Origin: an uncultured virus (IMG/VR IMGVR_UViG_3300035698_005365)
Lineage: Duplodnaviria; Heunggongvirae; Uroviricota; Caudoviricetes
Direction: 5' to 3' (one strand)
Length of the DNA stretch: 64,000 nt
IMG/VR virus record: IMGVR_UViG_3300035698_005365
This document shows positions 55,987 to 64,000 of the stretch, one piece after another. The notes beneath the pieces were generated by a model that saw nothing but the letters and a program-made list of their open reading frames with translations, was not told the origin of the DNA and searched no databases. The position numbers and the translations under genes were made by a program. The first letter of the stretch is position 1. The number at the start of each line of letters is the position of its first letter.

Positions 55987-57335
55987 TCTAATCTATATTT
56001 ACCATCAATAATATTAATAAGTTGTGGCCTACCATGGGGATATAATGCACAATGTGTATTTAACCAACTGCTGGCCCCCCTATTATATTCTAATTGTAGA
56101 TTCGTACTAGTTCCAACTACCCATGTATTCCGCTGAATCTGTGGACTGTGGGCGTGTCCTGAGATCGACTTCCCAGTACTATTCTCCATACTTCTTATAG
56201 ATCCCCTGGCACCATTGGCACCCAAGTCTCCATGATTAGCAAGCTGGTATCCCCGCACCTTGAAGTCATCATCTCGTCCTAAGAATGTAACAGCTGGCAC
56301 CTTGCCATGTGTATATTCAATGCCACGCTCTAATGGATCAGCCCCCTGAAGATAATCCTGTGCCAACTTACATGATAGATCTAAATTTTTAGGGTCATCT
56401 GTAAACCTTCCCTCCTGTAGATATCTTTCAATGAATTCATCATGATTAGATTTAACAACAATAACTGCCCCATCTTCTGGAAGAAGTGCCTGCAGTGTAT
56501 CTAGTGTTTCACCACACATATTAAGTTCGCTTTCTAAATCGTCTCCACCGGCCTTAGCCTTAGCGGCCCTAATCATTAATTGTTTCTGGTGATGATGAGA
56601 AATACTATATGCATCAAATAGATCATGTATGATAAGATATTTTGGGCGTAGTTCTGCAATCAATTCTTTAGTTGCCTTAAGCACTTCGTCATTAATGGCC
56701 CCCGTGTGCAAGTCCCCTAATACAAGTGCCTCTGCACGATCATACATTGGCGTCGCCGCTCCTGCAAATTCTATTCCAAGATCATACATTCGTCCAGTGG
56801 TATTAGCCTGTAGTTGCCTATAATGGAATGAGTCTTTATTTGCTTCTACTAAGATGCCCCCAAAGACATGATCTAGGCGGGCCTTCGTATCCCAGTTACC
56901 ATCTCGATAGTGTGGCATAGTACAAGCGCCCGTAGTCATTAGGACCTTCGGCTTATGCGTATTAGAATTAGGTATTACTTGCATCCGTTGCTTTGGACTT
57001 GCAAAGATTGCAGACTTATCATATTGAACGAAGCGCCCCCATCCAGTGAGTGGATCTATCTGCTGTGCCTTTACTGGGAAGCGTCTAATATCTAGATCCC
57101 TATGAATAGGCATATCGCCATCTACTATAGAATGTTTTTGTAGACTTGGATGTAGGAGTTCATCTTCAGATGAACTCTTCGATGTTGGTGCCTGACCATT
57201 GGTCGGCAAGATTAAGATTTCAGCGTCATGATATGATGCTGCTGATTCAAGAGATTCAATAAATTTTTTGTGGGGTGGTGCTCCACGTTGCGCTGTAGTT
57301 ATTATATACTTACTTACTTTATCATCTAATGTCAT
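55983..57335 (-). CDS. Large metallophosphoesterase-fold protein, possibly T5 A1-like nuclease
   Basis: C-terminal half LGDLH, HDLFD, SNHDE, NHGD, GHAH; N-terminal YIITTAQ. The A1 resemblance is from recall and is unverified. Confidence 0.65.
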   Translation of the reverse strand: MTLDDKVSKYIITTAQRGAPPHKKFIESLESAASYHDAEILILPTNGQAPTSKSSSEDELLHPSLQKHSIVDGDMPIHRDLDIRRFPVKAQQIDPLTGWGRFVQYDKSAIFASPKQRMQVIPNSNTHKPKVLMTTGACTMPHYRDGNWDTKARLDHVFGGILVEANKDSFHYRQLQANTTGRMYDLGIEFAGAATPMYDRAEALVLGDLHTGAINDEVLKATKELIAELRPKYLIIHDLFDAYSISHHHQKQLMIRAAKAKAGGDDLESELNMCGETLDTLQALLPEDGAVIVVKSNHDEFIERYLQEGRFTDDPKNLDLSCKLAQDYLQGADPLERGIEYTHGKVPAVTFLGRDDDFKVRGYQLANHGDLGANGARGSIRSMENSTGKSISGHAHSPQIQRNTWVVGTSTNLQLEYNRGASSWLNTHCALYPHGRPQLINIIDGKYRLD

Positions 57336-57403
57336 TTATTCCCCCGATACTCTTTAAGATAGCTACCGCTATAATATAATAGTATCATGTTATTAAAAAA
57401 TAA

Positions 57404-57655
57404 TTACTTATTTGTTACTATATGAGTTGCTGATAAATTTACCTTCATAAAGTAAAACTCTGCTATATCTAATACACACTTACCAAGAATAACTAATGGT
57501 AATGATCCGAATAGTGGCCATAGTTGTGGATACATTGCTACAACGCCAGTAACAACTGGGGTCATTAACTTAATCATATCTTTAATCTTGGGCCAATTTT
57601 TTTTAAACCAAATGCCCTTATTCCATCCTTTCAAACTTAAGTTTTTGCTTATCAT
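57404..57655 (-). CDS. Small membrane protein (holin-like candidate)
   Basis: Two hydrophobic segments; last gene of the tail operon; AGGTG RBS before MISKNL. Confidence 0.45.
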   Translation of the reverse strand: MISKNLSLKGWNKGIWFKKNWPKIKDMIKLMTPVVTGVVAMYPQLWPLFGSLPLVILGKCVLDIAEFYFMKVNLSATHIVTNK

Positions 57656-57665
57656 ATATATACAC

Positions 57666-58643
57666 CTATTTCGATAATAGTGAAAACCCTTTAATTGTTG
57701 GGACACCTGCCGCTGGACTACCAGTAGCTGCAGTTATCTTTACTAATACTCGAGTGGGCTCACTTGTAAATGCTGTGAAATCACTAATCTCTGGAGCTGT
57801 TCGCATACAGTTTAACCATCCACTATCCTCACTAACATTTTGTAATTTATATTCTATATTTGCACCATCTTCCCATGTTTCAAGTAATGGTACTCCAATT
57901 GCTGAAGATACTGTAGATCCAAGGGTTCCTGTTGGAATATCATGCCAGACTGTTCCATCCGATCCAGCAGTAGTTGTTGTATATTCTAAACTCCAATATA
58001 AATGATTTACGGAAGTGCCCGGGGCAATAGTATTTAATGCTAATCTAACTCCGGAACATGATGTTCCAATAGCAGTTGTCCCAGTAGCATTCCATAATTG
58101 AGTTGTACCATGACTACCAACAAATCCATATGCATCCCAAGAAGATCCATTATATGTATCTATTGCAAGCGATCCACTAGTCATATTGACTGCAGATACA
58201 CTATCTGTTCTAACACGCCATCTAACATCTAATACACTTTTAGTTGATCCAAAAAAATAACCTATTGATGTTGATTTTGTTCCGGCAGTAACTACTTCTA
58301 CGGCAGCGGTCGAATCATTAAAATCTGCAATCCATGTTGGATTTTGCATAACATTAGGATCATATAAAGAATTATAATCAGTTGACAACGCACTAACACC
58401 TATACCATAATGGTCTGTTGAAAATAACGCTGTTGTTGATCCAGCATTTACAGTATTTTTTCTACCAGAGGCATCTATATATGCTTCTGCCCACATATCA
58501 ATAAACCCAGTGGAAATATCTACATCACGGTCTTGTAATTCTCGAATTAAATTTAATCCATTTACAGTATAACATACACTAAAGTTATCATTCAACTGTG
58601 TTGATAATAAAGTCGCACGTCTTTTAAAGTCTTCTAATCCCAT
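57666..58643 (-). CDS. Virion structural protein (beta-rich, S/T/G-rich)
   Basis: Tail-region location; 8 Gly-Ser motifs. Confidence 0.6.
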   Translation of the reverse strand: MGLEDFKRRATLLSTQLNDNFSVCYTVNGLNLIRELQDRDVDISTGFIDMWAEAYIDASGRKNTVNAGSTTALFSTDHYGIGVSALSTDYNSLYDPNVMQNPTWIADFNDSTAAVEVVTAGTKSTSIGYFFGSTKSVLDVRWRVRTDSVSAVNMTSGSLAIDTYNGSSWDAYGFVGSHGTTQLWNATGTTAIGTSCSGVRLALNTIAPGTSVNHLYWSLEYTTTTAGSDGTVWHDIPTGTLGSTVSSAIGVPLLETWEDGANIEYKLQNVSEDSGWLNCMRTAPEISDFTAFTSEPTRVLVKITAATGSPAAGVPTIKGFSLLSK

Positions 58644-58687
58644 TTTTATCTCTTATTATTATAATTATATTTTATCCTTTATAAATA

Positions 58688-60103
58688 TTATTGTTTTAAA
58701 CTATATGCTATTTCCAATGAAAAGATTTTTGCACCATTCATCCCATCTACAAATAGGTATCCCTCATTGCTATCATTAGATATAGTCAATAAAGATCCAA
58801 TTTGATTACTGGATGTTTGCTGAAAATTAATAACTGACCCAGCCCCCGACCCAAAATAATAACCAATAGATCCAGTCTGTGTTATATTTTCAGTTGAAAT
58901 GATTTTAGATCCACTTATTAATGATGTATCATATATGTTAAATGAATCAATATCTCTTTCAATCCAGATTGGATTTGAGGAGCCAATAGCTATCCCAGAT
59001 CCAATAATACTTGTTGATCCAGTGGCTAAAGTATGTTTTATTATATAGGATGATCCGTTATAATTTGGATTAATATTATATGCTGTGGTTTCATTACTTT
59101 CAAAAATAGGTCCAAACACATTTGCTGTCACATCATTTTCAGCATCTATATAATATGTATAAGAATCCTTTTTGGGTTTATCATAATATGTATAACTTCC
59201 AAGATTGATATATGGAGTTGAACCAACGGTATCTAATGATGATGAATAATAGACACTTTGACCATTAGTATTTAAATTTAAATAATCATTAATTCCTAGG
59301 TATGAATCTGCTCCAGCTTTAAAAATAATTTTACCACTCCCAAGTGGTGATGTAATATCTTGAAAATCTAGAAAGTATCCACTGCCTAAATCCGTGGCAT
59401 CTTGTATATAAATCTTTTTATAATCTAACCTTGTATCAACTAAGATATTAAGATAGCTACCAGTATAAAACGATCCAGTTGTATTTAATTCTGTATGAAC
59501 TCCACTACTAACCTTATTAAATGATATACTACTTCCTAAGTTTAAATAGTAATGATTATTACTATCTTCATAATTAAAATATAAACTTCCAGCGGTCTTT
59601 AAATGATCATATCTAAATGTTGTTTTAAATAAATAATTATTTGCAACATTAAGTTCACTAGATCCACCAGTTAGAATATAATTACTAAAGTCTTTATTAT
59701 TTGGGGCACTGATATCTCTAGCTAGATATGTATCATTCGATACACTAAGCCCTGTCTCTTGTCCAAAAAACATAGTATCTAGGTATACGCTACCAGTGGA
59801 TAATCCACCAACGCTTAAATCAAATGATATAATTGAACCTATATCTGGGGCACCCGTCAAGGTACTACCTATTGATGATAGATTAAATCCAAACGATATT
59901 GGAATTGTATAATCAATAGAGCTCCCAATGTCTGTATTTAGATTAACTACAATGCTGCCAGAATCACCATTAGATGTATATACTATATGTAAAAGCGATG
60001 TATCAATAGATCCTATATTTTGAAACTGTGCCTGAGAGACTGACTCACCATTTCCTAATTTCAACATTTCTGTTCCTTGCACTATTGGGGTTATTTTAAT
60101 CAT
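58688..60103 (-). CDS. Virion structural protein with xGS repeats
   Basis: 471 aa, 24 Gly-Ser dipeptides by hand count; beta-rich composition. Confidence 0.6.
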   Translation of the reverse strand: MIKITPIVQGTEMLKLGNGESVSQAQFQNIGSIDTSLLHIVYTSNGDSGSIVVNLNTDIGSSIDYTIPISFGFNLSSIGSTLTGAPDIGSIISFDLSVGGLSTGSVYLDTMFFGQETGLSVSNDTYLARDISAPNNKDFSNYILTGGSSELNVANNYLFKTTFRYDHLKTAGSLYFNYEDSNNHYYLNLGSSISFNKVSSGVHTELNTTGSFYTGSYLNILVDTRLDYKKIYIQDATDLGSGYFLDFQDITSPLGSGKIIFKAGADSYLGINDYLNLNTNGQSVYYSSSLDTVGSTPYINLGSYTYYDKPKKDSYTYYIDAENDVTANVFGPIFESNETTAYNINPNYNGSSYIIKHTLATGSTSIIGSGIAIGSSNPIWIERDIDSFNIYDTSLISGSKIISTENITQTGSIGYYFGSGAGSVINFQQTSSNQIGSLLTISNDSNEGYLFVDGMNGAKIFSLEIAYSLKQ

Positions 60104-60187
60104 TATTATTCACGTATACTTAAAATGTTATATTCTTTTAATACCGATGATGAACACGGCTTTTGTATTTATTGTCATAATTATTTA

Positions 60188-60445
60188 CTACTCCTTTTTT
60201 ATAACAGATATCACTTCAATTTTACCATCAGTTTTTATTTTTCTTACTTCACATGGTTTCCCAGTATCGTCTTTTACATGGTCGCCATCAACTATGATAC
60301 CTTTAGGAGAAGTAAATTTTTCTTTATATTCTCCATATAGCGTTTCAGCTTCAGCATCTGTAGTAACATTTAGTCTGACCAAATTAGCTATTTCTGTTTG
60401 TAAATCTGTGTTTTCTTCTTTGATTTCTAAGTATTTGTGTACCAT
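60188..60445 (-). CDS. Hypothetical protein
   Basis: 85-aa ORF in the minus-strand tail operon. Confidence 0.55.
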   Translation of the reverse strand: MVHKYLEIKEENTDLQTEIANLVRLNVTTDAEAETLYGEYKEKFTSPKGIIVDGDHVKDDTGKPCEVRKIKTDGKIEVISVIKKE

Positions 60446-60457
60446 TTTTGTTTTTCC

Positions 60458-61162
60458 TTAATCATACTTTAATGCTGCTCCTGAGTCATATAAATCTGTG
60501 ATTTCTCCTGGTGTAAGTGTTTTGTTGGAAAGATAAATTTCATCCATCATCCCATCATAATAATCACCGAATCCTTTAGAACCCATATATGATGTTGTCT
60601 TCTGTGCTGCAAAGTTTGTTACTGTTGAATCTGTGTCAATTGATGTTCCGTCCTTATATAAAATCCACCCATTAACCGTATTATAGGTTATACTATACAT
60701 TCTCTTTGTCGTTGATAAAGATGAATCGCTAACCTTTACAGTCCATGCCCCCTGATTGCTTCTTACTTCTAGTGTTCCCGACAAGATTCTTAATTGTATT
60801 GACCCATAATCGTCTCCGAATGGTGCCCAAATATATGCTTCCGTTGATGTATCATCCGTTTGCATCCAGAGATTGATTGAAAAATTATTATTAACTGTTG
60901 TAACTATTAAATCGCCAGGGAGTGTTGTTGTGTCATTCGTTCCATCGAATCCCCTTCCGAAATTTAATTGCCCAGTCACCTGTGTCGTGCCTATATTAGT
61001 CCCGTTGTTGGCAGAAACCTCATCGACTATACTTGATGTTTCCATCTTAGAATACCAGACTAAGCCAGTTGATAGTGTCGGATGTGTTACTATTGAGTCC
61101 CAACTACCAGAAGATATTTTCTGACCTGATGCGACAATTCCAACTGAAAATGGTGATATCAT
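60458..61162 (-). CDS. LamG/concanavalin A-like lectin-domain virion protein
   Basis: GLVWYSKME, GFDGTND, FSINLW, LYKDG, YDGMMDEI, LTPGEITDLY. Confidence 0.8.
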   Translation of the reverse strand: MISPFSVGIVASGQKISSGSWDSIVTHPTLSTGLVWYSKMETSSIVDEVSANNGTNIGTTQVTGQLNFGRGFDGTNDTTTLPGDLIVTTVNNNFSINLWMQTDDTSTEAYIWAPFGDDYGSIQLRILSGTLEVRSNQGAWTVKVSDSSLSTTKRMYSITYNTVNGWILYKDGTSIDTDSTVTNFAAQKTTSYMGSKGFGDYYDGMMDEIYLSNKTLTPGEITDLYDSGAALKYD

Positions 61163-61825
61163 TTATGCAGCCTCTAAATCTCCTGAGAGAATCCACTCGT
61201 CTGTCCCTAATTTCAATAGCGAACATGATGTATATTGTGCTCTCATTAGCAATGTTTGTGGTGTCCTGATTGTTACCCCAGCTCCTGCCGTTATTGTAAC
61301 TTGTCCAGCTCCAAGCTGACTAATTAAAATTGACGTTCCTGTTACAAACGCTACCGAACTATTAGGTGGGACTGTTAATGTTGAAGCTCCCGCATTGTTC
61401 ATTGTAACTGGTTCTGATTTGTCTCCGGCTACCAATGTATATGATGTCCCTGTTTGCGTATTTATTGTGAATGTGTCTGCTGCCTTAGCATTAAGCTGTG
61501 TTTGAATTGCACTTGTTACGCCATTAACATATTCTATTTCTGCTGCCGTTGTAGTTGCTACTGCTACAAAACCACTGCCATCTGAAACTAATGCACGAGA
61601 TACTGTGGTGGCTGCCAATTTATTTAAAGCTATAGCTGCAGCAGCTTTAATGCTTGCATTAGCTAAATTTGTAATAGCGTTGCCAGTTCCATCCTCATTT
61701 ATTGTCTTGTTTGTTAATGTTGCCGTACCAGCTGCAGTAATCCGCGTCTTCTGGTCAGCAACGTGAGTATTCCATTCTGATGAACTTAACTCACTTCCTA
61801 TTCCTTTATTATCGTCCCAGGCCAT
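61163..61825 (-). CDS. Tail-fiber-like protein
   Basis: TLTNKTI, EIEYVNGVTSAIQTQLN, NTQTGTSYTLVAGD, LTVPPNSSVAF, GAGQVTI, WILSGDL. Confidence 0.75.
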   Translation of the reverse strand: MAWDDNKGIGSELSSSEWNTHVADQKTRITAAGTATLTNKTINEDGTGNAITNLANASIKAAAAIALNKLAATTVSRALVSDGSGFVAVATTTAAEIEYVNGVTSAIQTQLNAKAADTFTINTQTGTSYTLVAGDKSEPVTMNNAGASTLTVPPNSSVAFVTGTSILISQLGAGQVTITAGAGVTIRTPQTLLMRAQYTSCSLLKLGTDEWILSGDLEAA

Positions 61826-61869
61826 ATTATCACCATATTATTTATTTTTTATTCTTGTTTGTTTTATTA

Positions 61870-62211
61870 TTAAAATGTTGTTGGGAATGTCCATGGGAAT
61901 ATTGCAGAGCCTGTTATAGGTTCGGTATTTGATCCACTTGTTACAAAACTTCCGCTTCTAATTAAAGCATCATCCCATGTTTCTATATTTGATGTAAATT
62001 CTGATAAAACATATGTATTATTATTATCAGTATATGATTGATATTCCGCACTATGAGGGCTTCCGGAAAAGTAATCAATAACTATATTTGAAGCGCTACC
62101 AATATTAATATCAGCTATTAACTGTATTTCACTTACAGATAATAGAGATCCTGCGGGAGACATATTGTTTTTAACAATAGGGCCAACTAAATTTGGTATT
62201 CGGTTTGTCAT
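61870..62211 (-). CDS. Virion protein with xGS motifs
   Basis: 113 aa, 6 Gly-Ser motifs, C-terminal FPWTFPTTF. Confidence 0.55.
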   Translation of the reverse strand: MTNRIPNLVGPIVKNNMSPAGSLLSVSEIQLIADINIGSASNIVIDYFSGSPHSAEYQSYTDNNNTYVLSEFTSNIETWDDALIRSGSFVTSGSNTEPITGSAIFPWTFPTTF

Positions 62212-62214
62212 TAT

Positions 62215-62562
62215 TTATGGAAATAAAATGCTTCCGTCCGCAGCATTCTGACTCATTATGGTAAATCTATCATTTGTAAAATTTGTAAAAAATTTATTTA
62301 ATGAATTATATACAATGAATAAATTTTCAGTTTGTTCGTAGTCGGACCCAATCTTAACAACATCTAATTGTCCATTTACTGGATCATCTAATATGAAGGC
62401 GTTATTCTTAAGATTTTTAAAAATTTTAAACCGCGTATCAATAATCTTTAATGATTCTCTAGTAAATGTAATTCTTGGAACACTTGACGTTCCTCCCTGA
62501 AACTGTAATCTAGTATTATAATTTTGCTGACTTTGCTTTCCTAATGAAACTCCTAATGGCAT
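62215..62562 (-). CDS. Hypothetical tail protein
   Basis: AFILDDPVNGQLD; translationally coupled to the upstream gene. Confidence 0.55.
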   Translation of the reverse strand: MPLGVSLGKQSQQNYNTRLQFQGGTSSVPRITFTRESLKIIDTRFKIFKNLKNNAFILDDPVNGQLDVVKIGSDYEQTENLFIVYNSLNKFFTNFTNDRFTIMSQNAADGSILFP

Positions 62563-63989
62563 TATAATCTCACCGCCTTCTCTTCTGTCAATTCAACCTT
62601 ATCATCTTGTTCGTATTGAAGAAGAGTTGTCCACCCTCCAGTAATTGTAAACCGGTGCCGAACATTTACTAGTCGTTGATTCACAGATAAGTTTGATAAT
62701 GGATAAAAAATATTAGTAACATTCCCAGGAATATATGTATTTGCTCCAGGAAATACACTCTTATCAAATTTTCTTCTATTTTCTGATTCCATTTTTAATT
62801 GATCATTACCTATTTCTTGTGCACGAGCAACTGCCTGATCCTTGATTTTTTCTGAATATTCTCTATCATTACTAACGGCGGCAGTTACCCCATTGAATAT
62901 ATACAATGCCCCATTAACAGTAACGTCCTCGCCTATCATTGTCCATGGATACGCACTAGGAAAACCATCTACTTGAATACTTTCTCCAGAATTTCTATCG
63001 GCTCCATGATTAATCTCTTTATCTATGATTTCTTTTGCAATATCCATCATTGGTATAAACTTCCATTTTGGACCATTCTTAATAAATGATTCTGCATTAA
63101 TGACAAATGTTGGAGCATCTGAACCATCTGGAACAATGCCCGCATTTATAATATATGCATTTATTACATTATTATCTTGTCGCAATGAATCATCGTTATA
63201 ATCATCTTCAACAATAGCATCTAATGCAACATATGTTTTAAATTTCCAAGCTAACTCATTATTATTATTTATACTAGTAATATATGTTCCAGCATCGCTA
63301 TCACCAGTAAAAGATACTAATGATAATTCTTCTATATGCTGGTGAAGTGGCCTATATCCTTTGTTAAAAGAAACTGTTGGAAACTCAGTTCCATCTGATC
63401 GCGTATCTACTATAAATCCACCATTACTTTCAAGAGCAGCAGATAATTGTAGCGCCGAGTTGGCTCCTATAAATTGGTTTGCAGTTTGAACTAATTCTAT
63501 TATAAAATCATTAACTTGTTGTCTAATTTCTGAACCAGATACAACCCCCATAAGGGCTGGAGTAAGTGCTGATAATAATAACTCACTTCGATCTACGCCC
63601 TTAATTTTAAATTCTTTTTTTGAGTTAGAAACTTTTAGATCTACACTTTGAACAATTCCATCCATTAAAAGCGCATCGGTTTCAAAATCTAGTGGCTTAC
63701 TACCATACCATGCATATATTTTAATTCTATCTCCCGAACGAATAGGAGTTGTATCACCTGGCGAAAATAAAGTGTCGGTATCATATTTAATAGCTAATGC
63801 TCCAGTATTTGTTATTTGAGTTTCGTTAAGCTGTGTTGGAAATAAATTAAACTCAAAGGTATCACGTCTAGCTTCAATCCCTTTTTGAATATCAAGAGTA
63901 TTAAAATTAGATATAGGTCGAGGACTTGTCTCATACGTATTATCACTAATACGTTTGAATAGTTTTATTTCAACGCGTGGATTAAGCAT
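62562..63989 (-). CDS. Tail/baseplate hub-like protein
   Basis: DTFEF...GDRIKIY...MDGIV...IKGVD...LL and VRHRFT..GWTT resemble hub proteins. Confidence 0.6.
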   Translation of the reverse strand: MLNPRVEIKLFKRISDNTYETSPRPISNFNTLDIQKGIEARRDTFEFNLFPTQLNETQITNTGALAIKYDTDTLFSPGDTTPIRSGDRIKIYAWYGSKPLDFETDALLMDGIVQSVDLKVSNSKKEFKIKGVDRSELLLSALTPALMGVVSGSEIRQQVNDFIIELVQTANQFIGANSALQLSAALESNGGFIVDTRSDGTEFPTVSFNKGYRPLHQHIEELSLVSFTGDSDAGTYITSINNNNELAWKFKTYVALDAIVEDDYNDDSLRQDNNVINAYIINAGIVPDGSDAPTFVINAESFIKNGPKWKFIPMMDIAKEIIDKEINHGADRNSGESIQVDGFPSAYPWTMIGEDVTVNGALYIFNGVTAAVSNDREYSEKIKDQAVARAQEIGNDQLKMESENRRKFDKSVFPGANTYIPGNVTNIFYPLSNLSVNQRLVNVRHRFTITGGWTTLLQYEQDDKVELTEEKAVRL

Positions 63990-64000
63990 TTTAATTTGCG

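Noticed and set aside
60077..61269. Plus-strand ORFs in the tail region
   Set aside because: Antisense to coherent minus-strand structural genes
1..64000. Alternative genetic code or stop-codon reassignment
   Set aside because: Conserved genes are full length under code 11 and TAA, TAG and TGA all end genes at tight junctions

Overview
The window is most of the genome of an AT-rich tailed dsDNA virus (Caudoviricetes-like), very probably archaeal: genes are preceded by BRE+TATA promoters (CGAAAnnTTTATAAA) and GGTGA/GGAGG ribosome-binding sites, and it encodes PolB and an archaeo-eukaryotic primase. Minus-strand head genes lie at 1-8596 (fiber-like partial gene, major capsid, scaffold, prohead protease, portal, TerL, adenine MTase, TerS). 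A divergent control region with palindromes, TATA clusters and hairpin arrays spans about 8600-12550. A long plus-strand early/middle region (9702-55765) carries micro-ORFs, a phiEco32-like gamma-glutamyl ligase/hydrolase cluster, replication and nucleotide genes (including NrdJ and PduO), and a 10.7-kb glycosylation island. Minus-strand tail genes lie at 55983-63989. The most interesting signals are: (i) strong x-Gly-Ser enrichment in virion proteins alongside about 7 virus-encoded glycosyltransferases, a candidate virion glycosylation system; (ii) the amidoligase/ATP-grasp/GATase/GGCT/PuuD module in an archaeal virus; (iii) two arrays of RNA hairpins that include tRNA-like acceptor-stem minihelices; (iv) an Asp-to-Glu pseudo-receiver next to a SHGxCPxC Zn-domain gene. 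All functional calls come from motif recognition by eye; no database searches were run.
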